Of a stretch of DNA of 64,000 nt, positions 26,785 through 35,232 are shown in pieces; position 1 is the stretch's first letter; each line of letters opens with the position of its first letter. Source of the DNA: Lachnospiraceae bacterium (lineage in GTDB: Bacteria; Bacillota; Clostridia; Lachnospirales; Lachnospiraceae); the NCBI GenBank assembly GCA_024403485.1, contig JAKSRT010000002.1, forward strand, positions 22,331-86,330. The letters are read 5' to 3'. Under the pieces are notes generated by a model. It did no database searches. It saw only the letters and a list, made by a program, of their open reading frames with translations, and had not been told where the DNA came from. A program made the position numbers and the translations under genes.

Positions 26785-29739
26785 ATGGCATTCAATAAGA
26801 ATAATCCAACACCCGGAGAAACTACGGAAGAAATCTTTTTAGATGAAGAAGAATTCGAAGCTTTGCTTGCGCAGGCACAGCCTCAAAGACAGCCTGCTCC
26901 CGAAATGGCTACCTCCAATATTTATATCAATACCGATACCTTCGGTGCAGAAATATATGATGCCGATTTTGTTGAAGCGGCGCATACTTCAGAGGACGTC
27001 ATCGACGATTTTGAATCAATGGAGATAACCTTTGATACGAACGAGATGGATTTTGATCCGGGCGATGTTGAAGAAACCGTTATGTATGAGCCTGTAGCAG
27101 GGTACGATTACAATGAAGCGGAATTTGATGAGGAAATAAGCGGCGACGATGAAGATGTGGTAAATATCTTTAAAGGGAATTTTGCTGACAAGCTGATTTA
27201 TCTTACCGGAGCATTAATTGTTTTACTTGTTATTATTTTTGGTGTTGTATTTATTACGGGAAAAACAAGAAAAGCCATTGTGGGTCCTGACATGAGTGAA
27301 GTAGGACTTAATGTTTCACAGATTAATATGATAGGTGAACAGGGGTTAACTGCAGTACTCGGCAAGGAAGCAATACGACTGACCGACTTGTACGAGGCAG
27401 TTGAAAACTTTGATTACGGTGAAGTGGATGATGAAACAGGACTTATAAATGTAAGTATTTCGCTTTCCTCTATTCTCAAGGACCTTAAGATAAAATTCGT
27501 TAACAAAAACAATAAGCTTATTGCAAATGTACCATTTCAGGCCGAGGTTACGGACAGCAACGGGAAGTCGACAATTTATACCGATGAAGACAAGGATGGT
27601 ATGATTCATGTCGAAAATCTTGAAGGCGGAAACTATTCGGTAAAAATGTTGCCCATTGAAGGGTTTGAGTCCATGTATGCTTTCTCAGAGGCAAAAGAAA
27701 CCCTTAATGTAAAGAGCAAACTTGAGTATGCGAAAGTTGACGTTGCCAATGAAATAAAGTCTGAATCTCAGGTAGATGTAAAGAAAGAAGATACAAAAGT
27801 TCAGGAAACCGTAGTTGAGTCAAAACTTGAAGATACGGTTGAGTATGTAATGTCTTCGAAGGTTGCATCTGACGAGTCTGGCTATGCCGAAATTTCCAAA
27901 TCGGATATAACAGACCCCATAAAATCATATGTATCCAACAAAAAGACCGGATTCATGAAGCTTGATAACGAAGGAGATGAAAATCCTGAGGAACCGACAG
28001 TAACAAACGGTGTTACATTGTCAGTTGCTTCTGAATTGACCGTTACAGAGAAAGACGACGGAAGCCTTGAATGTGGAAGCGCTACTGCAACAGCTACGAT
28101 TACCGGAAATTATACCAACATCGAATGGAGCGTATCAGGTTATTTAGAGGTAGCAAGCAGTGGGTCAAACACGACAACCGTAACGGCGCAGAAGCCTTCA
28201 GGCGCAACCGGCAGCGGTGTATTAACCGTAAAGGTAACATTTGAAAATGGTGAGGTTGCCCAGGCGGACCAGACTATTGCGGTAAAATATAATTTGGTTC
28301 AAACCGATCAATCTTATTTTTCGATAGTGGCCACAATCGGAACATTATACCCTGGGCAGAGCTTTGACAGCCTTGAAAGCAAGGGAACGATTGTTGTAAA
28401 AGATAAAAGCGGAAATGTGCTTCAAAAGGGACAATATTCGTTATCATATTCCTCCAGCGACACCTCGGTAGCTACGGTTGAAGCAGGTGGTAAAATAAAT
28501 GCTTTAAAAGCAGGCTCAACGCAGATTACCATGACCTGTACCGCTGAAAATATGACTACTGTAAGCCAGACTTTTGTGGTTTATGTAGCTCAGGCAACTT
28601 CAACAATAAGCCTTGACGCCAGTAAAAAGACTATATTTAAGGGCGGTGAAAAGACATCATTAAAAGCGACTGTTGGCTCTTCTTCGGGTGCAAGCACACC
28701 TGAATTGGTATGGTCTTCGTCGGATTCTGGCGTGGTCTCCGTTGATCAAAGCGGCAATTTAACTGCAGTTAATGAGGGTTCGGCGAATATTACGGTTGCT
28801 CTTAAAAGCGACAACCAGGTTAGTGCTTCCTGTGAGATTAAGGTTGTCCTTCATCCAAGCCTCAATAAAGTTTCGCTTCTTAAAGATAACGCCGGAAACC
28901 AGGTATATGTTTATGATGAGGCCTCAAAGAAGTATGTTGAAGCAAAATTCGCAGATTACTATAACGGTGCAAAACTCTACAAGGCTTCAAATGTTGAATA
29001 TAAATATATGGGTTGGTGGACACTAAACGGAAACACTTATTATTTTGACAAAAACGGTAAGAAGGTAACGGGAGAACAGGTAATTCTCGGAACGAAATAT
29101 AACTTCTCAAGTGATGGTGTTCTTCTTTCATCAAACGGTATTTTTGGAATCGACGTTTCAAAATGGAACGGAACCATTGACTGGTCAAGTGTTGCAAAGT
29201 CAGGTGTTTCTTTTGCAATCATCAGATCCGGTTTCAGAGGCTCAACACAGGGCGGACTTATTGAAGATGCAAAATTCTATACAAATATTAAAAATGCAAC
29301 AGCAGCCGGTATTAAGGTCGGTATTTACTTCTTTACACAGGCGATAAACGAAGTGGAAGCGGTTGAAGAAGCATCTATGGTTCTTGGACAGATAAGTGGC
29401 TATAAGGTTTCTTATCCTATATTCCTTGACGTGGAAAGCGCAGGTGCAGGAGCAAGAGCCGAAGGCTTAAGCGCAGCTCAAAGAACCGCAGTTATAAAAG
29501 CCTTCTGCCAGACCATATCAAACAGCGGTTATACCGCCGGTGTATATGCAAATAAAACCTGGTTTACAAGCAAGATTAATACTTCGGAGCTTACATCTTA
29601 TAAGATTTGGCTTGCACAGTACAATTCATCCGTAACCTACAATGCAACCAGATATGACCTGTGGCAGTATAGCTCAACAGGTTCAATAAGCGGAATCAGC
29701 GGAAATGTAGACTTTAACTTAAGCTACATGGGATATTAA
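26785..29739 (+). CDS. GH25 muramidase with acidic N-terminus, TM anchor, Ig-like (Big_2) domains and a cell-wall-binding repeat
   Basis: C-terminal 'GIDVSKWNGTIDW', 'GIYFFTQA', 'IFLDVE', 'WQYSSTG', 'VDFN'; Big_2-type 'SSSDTSVATV' and 'WSSSDSGVVSVD'; 'GWWTLNGNTYYFD'. Confidence 0.9.
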   Translation: MAFNKNNPTPGETTEEIFLDEEEFEALLAQAQPQRQPAPEMATSNIYINTDTFGAEIYDADFVEAAHTSEDVIDDFESMEITFDTNEMDFDPGDVEETVMYEPVAGYDYNEAEFDEEISGDDEDVVNIFKGNFADKLIYLTGALIVLLVIIFGVVFITGKTRKAIVGPDMSEVGLNVSQINMIGEQGLTAVLGKEAIRLTDLYEAVENFDYGEVDDETGLINVSISLSSILKDLKIKFVNKNNKLIANVPFQAEVTDSNGKSTIYTDEDKDGMIHVENLEGGNYSVKMLPIEGFESMYAFSEAKETLNVKSKLEYAKVDVANEIKSESQVDVKKEDTKVQETVVESKLEDTVEYVMSSKVASDESGYAEISKSDITDPIKSYVSNKKTGFMKLDNEGDENPEEPTVTNGVTLSVASELTVTEKDDGSLECGSATATATITGNYTNIEWSVSGYLEVASSGSNTTTVTAQKPSGATGSGVLTVKVTFENGEVAQADQTIAVKYNLVQTDQSYFSIVATIGTLYPGQSFDSLESKGTIVVKDKSGNVLQKGQYSLSYSSSDTSVATVEAGGKINALKAGSTQITMTCTAENMTTVSQTFVVYVAQATSTISLDASKKTIFKGGEKTSLKATVGSSSGASTPELVWSSSDSGVVSVDQSGNLTAVNEGSANITVALKSDNQVSASCEIKVVLHPSLNKVSLLKDNAGNQVYVYDEASKKYVEAKFADYYNGAKLYKASNVEYKYMGWWTLNGNTYYFDKNGKKVTGEQVILGTKYNFSSDGVLLSSNGIFGIDVSKWNGTIDWSSVAKSGVSFAIIRSGFRGSTQGGLIEDAKFYTNIKNATAAGIKVGIYFFTQAINEVEAVEEASMVLGQISGYKVSYPIFLDVESAGAGARAEGLSAAQRTAVIKAFCQTISNSGYTAGVYANKTWFTSKINTSELTSYKIWLAQYNSSVTYNATRYDLWQYSSTGSISGISGNVDFNLSYMGY

Positions 29740-29803
29740 TTCCGATATTAAGAAAGTCATAATTATTTTGCTTGTACTATGTTAATATGACCGATTTATT
29801 ATA

Positions 29804-29941
29804 GCCAAAGATGTATGTCATATGTCAAAGGCGGTCGGCCAACCGCAAAAAAAAATAAAAATGAACGCAGCTCCCCGCCTAATAGTTCGGGGGGCATGCC
29901 AATTCATTTAATTGCGAGTAATCGCAGTCATATTCTTTTGC
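29804..29941 (+). ncRNA. Candidate structured cis-regulatory leader RNA upstream of rmlB
   Basis: Nested stems: GCGGT/ACCGC hairpin, AAATGAA/TTCATTT enclosing CCCCG/CGGGG, TGCGA-GTAA-TCGCA GNRA hairpin, and an outer stem pairing 29804-29819 with 29927-29941. Confidence 0.5.
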
Positions 29942-29993
29942 ATAATCATAAAGCAGTCGAGCTTATATTTCACAATAAAGAGAGGAAAATAAA

Positions 29994-31073
29994 ATGAGAA
30001 CCTATCTCGTAACCGGAGGCGCAGGCTTTATCGGATCCAATTTTATCCATTATATGTTTGAAAAATACGGCGATGATATCCGTATTATCAATGTTGACAA
30101 GCTTACTTATGCCGGAAATCTTGAAAATCTCAAAGATATTGAAAATCGATCAAACTATTCTTTTGTACGTGCCGACATTACCGACAGCGCGGCAATTGAG
30201 CAAATTTTCACAAAAAATGATATCGATGTAGTTGTTCACTTTGCGGCGGAATCTCACGTGGACCGTTCAATCAGAAATCCTGAAGTATTTGTTAAGACAA
30301 ATGTTCTCGGTACACTGGTAATGTTAAATAATGCAAAAGCAGCATGGGAAAAAGAAGACGGAAGCTTTATTGAGGGCAAACGTTTCCTTCACGTATCGAC
30401 CGATGAAGTATACGGCTCGCTGGAAGAGGATGGTGGATATTTCTATGAAACCACTCCCTACAGTCCCCATAGTCCTTATTCAGCAAGTAAGGCCAGCTCA
30501 GATATGCTTGTAAAGGCTTATATGGATACATACAAATTCCCGGCAAATATTACAAACTGCTCAAACAACTATGGACCTTATCAGTTCCCCGAAAAGCTCA
30601 TTCCGCTTATTATCAATAACGCGTTAAACGGAAAGAAGCTTCCGGTATACGGAGACGGTAAGAATGTTCGTGACTGGTTGTATGTTATGGACCATGCCAA
30701 GGCAATTGATATGGTTATTAACAAAGGTCGCTTGTTTGAAACCTATAACGTTGGCGGACACAACGAGAAGCAGAATATCGAAATCATAAAGATTATACTG
30801 GATACACTTAACGAAATGCTTCCCGACAATGATCCCAGAAAGGCTCATATAAATGAAGATCTCATTACTTACGTTGAAGATCGTAAGGGCCATGACAGAC
30901 GTTATGCCATTGCTCCCGATAAGATTAAATCCGAAATCGGTTGGGAGCCTGAAACCATGTTTAAAGAAGGTATAAAGCTTACAATAAAGTGGTATTTTGA
31001 AAACGAAGACTGGATGAAAAATGTTACAAGCGGTGATTATTTAAATTACTACGCTCAGATGTATACAGTATAG
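29994..31073 (+). CDS. rfbB: dTDP-glucose 4,6-dehydratase
   Basis: 'LVTGGAGFIGSNF', 'DKLTYAGNLENL', 'HFAAESHVDRSI', 'STDEVYG', 'YSASK', 'DRKGHDRRYA'. Confidence 0.97.
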   Translation: MRTYLVTGGAGFIGSNFIHYMFEKYGDDIRIINVDKLTYAGNLENLKDIENRSNYSFVRADITDSAAIEQIFTKNDIDVVVHFAAESHVDRSIRNPEVFVKTNVLGTLVMLNNAKAAWEKEDGSFIEGKRFLHVSTDEVYGSLEEDGGYFYETTPYSPHSPYSASKASSDMLVKAYMDTYKFPANITNCSNNYGPYQFPEKLIPLIINNALNGKKLPVYGDGKNVRDWLYVMDHAKAIDMVINKGRLFETYNVGGHNEKQNIEIIKIILDTLNEMLPDNDPRKAHINEDLITYVEDRKGHDRRYAIAPDKIKSEIGWEPETMFKEGIKLTIKWYFENEDWMKNVTSGDYLNYYAQMYTV

Positions 31074-31129
31074 ATTATTTGATATATCAGAATATTATTT
31101 TAATAAAGAGTGAAGAAAAGAGGTAATTG

Positions 31130-32008
31130 ATGAAAGGTATTATCCTTGCCGGCGGATCCGGAACCAGACTCTATCCTTTAACAAAGGCAATATCAAAACA
31201 GATTATGCCGGTATATGACAAGCCGATGATTTACTATCCTTTGTCTACGCTTATGCTGGCAGGAATAAAGGAAGTACTTATCATTTCTACTCCGAGAGAT
31301 CTCCCTGTATTTGAAGAGCTTTTTGGTGACGGAAGTCAGCTTGGAATGAGTTTTTCATATGCGATTCAGGAATATCCCAGAGGTCTTGCCGATGCATTTA
31401 TTATAGGTGAAAAATTTATAGGAAACGATGCGGTTGCACTTGTTTTGGGCGACAATATCTTCTATGGCCAGAGCTTTTCAAGAGTGTTAAAGGCGGCTGC
31501 ACAAAGAAGCGAAGAACAGCCGGGTGCAACAATTTTCGGATATTATGTAAGAGATCCCAGAGAATATGGTGTAGTTGAATTTGATGAAAGCGGAAAAGCC
31601 CTTTCGATAGAAGAGAAACCTGCTAATCCGAAGAGCAATTACGCAGTGCCCGGGCTGTATTTTTATGACAATGATGTAGTTGAAATTGCTAAGAATGTTA
31701 AGCCCAGTGCCCGTGGTGAAATTGAAATTACAAGCATTAACAATGAGTACTTAAGAAGAGGTACTCTTCAGGTCGAGACTCTCGGCCGTGGATTTGCATG
31801 GTTGGATACCGGCTCACATGATTCTCTTCTTGATGCTGCAAATTTTGTGGCAACATTCCAAAAGAGACAGGGGCTTTATATCTCCTGCATCGAAGAAATA
31901 GCATATAAACGAGGCTTTATTGATAAAGAGCAGCTTCTTAAGCTGGCAGAGCCCCTTATGAAGACCAACTATGGCAAATATCTTACTGAGGTAGCTAATG
32001 GATTATAA
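31130..32008 (+). CDS. rfbA: Glucose-1-phosphate thymidylyltransferase
   Basis: '[18 protein letters not shown]', 'LGDNIFYG', 'EEKP', 'SARGEIEIT', 'GFAWLDTG'. Confidence 0.97.
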   Translation: MKGIILAGGSGTRLYPLTKAISKQIMPVYDKPMIYYPLSTLMLAGIKEVLIISTPRDLPVFEELFGDGSQLGMSFSYAIQEYPRGLADAFIIGEKFIGNDAVALVLGDNIFYGQSFSRVLKAAAQRSEEQPGATIFGYYVRDPREYGVVEFDESGKALSIEEKPANPKSNYAVPGLYFYDNDVVEIAKNVKPSARGEIEITSINNEYLRRGTLQVETLGRGFAWLDTGSHDSLLDAANFVATFQKRQGLYISCIEEIAYKRGFIDKEQLLKLAEPLMKTNYGKYLTEVANGL

Positions 32009-32459
32009 ATTCAGGCAGGGAATGACTCTGATAGCGTCGCTTTGTATTCTTACAGTAGTGGGAATAGTAATTATGGCGAATTGGAAGGCTATTTCCCGCC
32101 GCGCAGGCAAGACGAATAATCAGATTGCTGTAAGCTCGTCTTTTGAAGAAGAAACAGTTGTAGAAACATCGAGTTCTGCTTCGAAATGTTTTTTTAAAGG
32201 TAATCAAATCGGAAGTGATTTGGGTGCATGGAAATCGGATCCGTCATTTTTTGTAAATGATTTTGAGGAAAAGACGGTTTCTCCTGGGGGGACAGTGACG
32301 GCCGAAGTTTCAGGTAATGATATTTCAGGTAACGATGATTCGAGAAATGCGGAGAATAGTATCCAAAACAAAGAATCGGATGAGGCTGCATTAGACGCCA
32401 AAGCGGGCACTTATGACAGCGAAGATGGGTTGTCTAAAAGAGATAATACTGATAATTAA
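31998..32459 (+). CDS. Small single-TM protein with low-complexity acidic tail
   Basis: 153-aa ORF with RBS GAGG overlapping the rmlA stop; N-terminal TM; [10 protein letters not shown] repeat. Confidence 0.65.
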   Translation: MDYKFRQGMTLIASLCILTVVGIVIMANWKAISRRAGKTNNQIAVSSSFEEETVVETSSSASKCFFKGNQIGSDLGAWKSDPSFFVNDFEEKTVSPGGTVTAEVSGNDISGNDDSRNAENSIQNKESDEAALDAKAGTYDSEDGLSKRDNTDN

Positions 32460-32489
32460 TTAAAATACTTTTGAGGAAGAGATTGAATT

Positions 32490-33059
32490 ATGGGTAAACT
32501 GACAGTAGAGACATGCGAAATAGAAGGTGTAAAGGTTATAACTCCTCAGGTATTTCCTGATGCAAGAGGCTACTTTATGGAGACGTATCAGCAGAAGGAC
32601 TTTGAAGAAATAGGCGTCGACGTAACCTTTGTTCAGGATAATCAATCTGCATCGAAAAAGGGTGTATTAAGAGGTCTTCATTTCCAAAAAGAGTTTCCTC
32701 AGGACAAGCTGGTTCGTGTTATTAAGGGTGCCGTGTATGATGTTGCGGTAGACTTACGAGATGGTTCCAATACCTTTGGAAAGTGGTACGGAGTAGAATT
32801 ATCCGAAGAAAACAAGAAGCAGTTTTTTATTCCTAAAGGATTTGCTCACGGATTCTTGGTATTATCAGACTATGCTGAATTCGTGTATAAATGTTCCGAT
32901 TTCTATCATCCCGGCGATGAAGGCGGAATAATGTATAACGATCCCGAAATAGGTATTGATTGGCCTATTGAAGAGGGTCTTGAACTTATAATGTCTGAAA
33001 AAGATACTAAATGGGGCGGATTAACTTCCTATGTCGAAGAAAAACGCAAAAACAACTAA
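32490..33059 (+). CDS. rfbC: dTDP-4-dehydrorhamnose 3,5-epimerase
   Basis: 'DARGYFMETY', 'FVQDNQS', 'GVLRGLHFQ', 'DVAVDLR', 'GFAHGF'. Confidence 0.96.
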   Translation: MGKLTVETCEIEGVKVITPQVFPDARGYFMETYQQKDFEEIGVDVTFVQDNQSASKKGVLRGLHFQKEFPQDKLVRVIKGAVYDVAVDLRDGSNTFGKWYGVELSEENKKQFFIPKGFAHGFLVLSDYAEFVYKCSDFYHPGDEGGIMYNDPEIGIDWPIEEGLELIMSEKDTKWGGLTSYVEEKRKNN

Positions 33060-33867
33060 AAAGAGTTTGCTGATCGGGGAAATAGTAAAGAACCGTTCAC
33101 TAATATGGAGCCTGTCAAAAAACGATTTTAAGAAACGTTATGCAGGCTCTTATTTGGGTGCCATTTGGGCTATGATTCAGCCGGTGGTAACCGTGTTAAT
33201 GTACTATATTGTCTTTGATAAAATATTTCAGTCCCGGTCCGAGGCAATGGCCGGAGATACACCCATTCCGTATGTACTGTTTCTTACGGCCGGCCTTGTT
33301 CCCTGGTTTTATTTTTCGGAAAGCTTAAACCATGGAACCCAGGCGCTGACAGAATACAGTTATCTTGTTAAAAAAGTTGTTTTTAACATAGATATTCTTC
33401 CGATAATCAAAGTTGTCGCAGCGACTTTTATACATGTATTCTTTGCCTTTGTATTGCTGGTTGTTGCCTGCATTTACGGCTATTATCCAAGCTTATACAC
33501 ATTGCAGCTGATATACTACAGCTTTTGTATGTTTGTTCTGGTTGTGGCGCTTTGCTATACTACGTCCGCAATTGTGGTATTTTTCAAAGATTTATCTCAG
33601 ATCATACAAATCTGCCTTCAGATAGGCATGTGGGCAACACCTATTTTGTGGAATGTAGGAAAACTCGGCCCTACAGCTCAATTTATTATTAAACTCAACC
33701 CTGTCTGCTATATAGTATGCGGTTACAGGGAATCCTTGTGCGCAACGGCGTGGTTCTTTGAAGACTGGAAATATACGTTGTACTTCTGGGGCTTTGTGGT
33801 GGTATTTATGCTGCTTGGAAGAGCGATATTTAAGAAACTGAAGGTTCACTTTGCCGACGTATTATAA
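33031..33867 (+). CDS. wzm: Polysaccharide ABC transporter permease (Wzm/TagG)
   Basis: 'DFKKRYAGSYLGAIW', 'YLVKKVVF', 'WATPILW', 'FADVL'. Confidence 0.92.
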   Translation: MSKKNAKTTKKSLLIGEIVKNRSLIWSLSKNDFKKRYAGSYLGAIWAMIQPVVTVLMYYIVFDKIFQSRSEAMAGDTPIPYVLFLTAGLVPWFYFSESLNHGTQALTEYSYLVKKVVFNIDILPIIKVVAATFIHVFFAFVLLVVACIYGYYPSLYTLQLIYYSFCMFVLVVALCYTTSAIVVFFKDLSQIIQICLQIGMWATPILWNVGKLGPTAQFIIKLNPVCYIVCGYRESLCATAWFFEDWKYTLYFWGFVVVFMLLGRAIFKKLKVHFADVL

Positions 33868-33908
33868 AATTGGAAAGCGCAAATAAGTAAGCAAGTAAAG
33901 AGGTTATC

Positions 33909-35186
33909 GTGTCAAACAATAACGGTGTAGAACAAAATCCTCAATTAAATAATGAAACGGTAATTTCCATTAATGGGCTTAAGAAGATGTATAAGCTTTA
34001 TAACAAGCCTTCCGACAGACTTCTGGATGCATTCGGACTGAAGAAAAACAGTTATAAAGAGCATTATGCGCTGAATGGAATCGATCTTGAGATTAAAAAG
34101 GGTGAAACCATAGGTTTCATAGGAACAAACGGATCGGGTAAATCGACGATTCTTAAAATTATTACCGGCGTGCTTAATCCGACAGCGGGTAATGTAGAAG
34201 TAAATGGCAGAATTTCGGCATTACTTGAACTGGGTGCGGGTTTTAATCAGGAATATAACGGAATTGAAAATATATATTTAAACGGCACAATGATGGGCTT
34301 TACAAGAAAAGAAATAGACAAAAGAATGGATGATATTCTTTCTTTTGCAGATATAGGAGATTATATCTATCAACCTGTAAAGACTTATTCAAGCGGTATG
34401 TTTGTAAGACTTGCATTTGCGGTAGCGATTAACATCGACCCGGAAATATTGATTGTCGATGAGGCCTTAAGTGTAGGGGATGTGTTCTTCCAGTCGAAGT
34501 GTTATCACAAATTTGAAGAGTTTAAAGCTATGGGAAAAACAATATTATTTGTTTCTCATGACCTTAGTTCAATTGCCAAATACTGTGACAGAGTAGTTGT
34601 GCTTAATAAGGGTGATAAACTGGCTGAAGGAACGCCTAAGGATATGATAGACCTTTATAAGCAGGTGCTGGTAGGCCAGTTTGCCCATGAAAAGGATACA
34701 AGCATAGCCGATTTGTCCGATGTGGGAGCAGAAGCATCCGAAGCTTTGGAATACGGTTCCAAGGATGCTGTTATTAAGGAATTTTATATTACTGATTCAA
34801 AGGGCCTTAGAAGTAATTCCTTGATTAAAGGCTCTGAATTTACCATACATATGCAGGTTGAATTTGTTAATGACGTAAAGCAACCTATCTTTGCTTTTGC
34901 AATAAAAGATGTTAAAGGAACTGAAATCACCGGAACCAATACAATGTTTGAAAAGGCATTCCTTGAAGATGTTTCAAAGGGTGAAACAATTGATGTTTCC
35001 TTTACACAGAACATAGACCTGCAAGGAGGGGAATATCTCCTGTCGCTTGGCGTAACCGGATATAATCTGGATACATTTGTTGTTTATCACAGATTGTATG
35101 ACGTATTAAATATTTCGGTTATTTCTGATAAGAATACGGTGGGATTTTATGATACGAATTCCAGAATAGAAGTCAGTCGGAAATAA
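33909..35186 (+). CDS. wzt: Polysaccharide ABC transporter ATPase with C-terminal Wzt_C carbohydrate-binding domain
   Basis: Walker A 'GTNGSGKST', 'YSSGMFVRLAFA', 'IVDEALSVGD', 'VSH', and a ~150-aa beta-rich C-terminal extension ('LQGGEYLLSLG'). Confidence 0.93.
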   Translation: MSNNNGVEQNPQLNNETVISINGLKKMYKLYNKPSDRLLDAFGLKKNSYKEHYALNGIDLEIKKGETIGFIGTNGSGKSTILKIITGVLNPTAGNVEVNGRISALLELGAGFNQEYNGIENIYLNGTMMGFTRKEIDKRMDDILSFADIGDYIYQPVKTYSSGMFVRLAFAVAINIDPEILIVDEALSVGDVFFQSKCYHKFEEFKAMGKTILFVSHDLSSIAKYCDRVVVLNKGDKLAEGTPKDMIDLYKQVLVGQFAHEKDTSIADLSDVGAEASEALEYGSKDAVIKEFYITDSKGLRSNSLIKGSEFTIHMQVEFVNDVKQPIFAFAIKDVKGTEITGTNTMFEKAFLEDVSKGETIDVSFTQNIDLQGGEYLLSLGVTGYNLDTFVVYHRLYDVLNISVISDKNTVGFYDTNSRIEVSRK

Positions 35187-35232
35187 CAGACAGAGGAAGC
35201 GTCATTGAAAAGAAGCTTCTGAAAGGGGTTAT

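Noticed and set aside
26785-29739. Phage endolysin
   Set aside because: It has a TM anchor, a long stalk and a host-type promoter, and no holin or phage genes are nearby.
29815-29997. 60-aa ORF upstream of rmlB as a leader peptide
   Set aside because: No clear RBS and no informative composition; the region is better explained as structured RNA.
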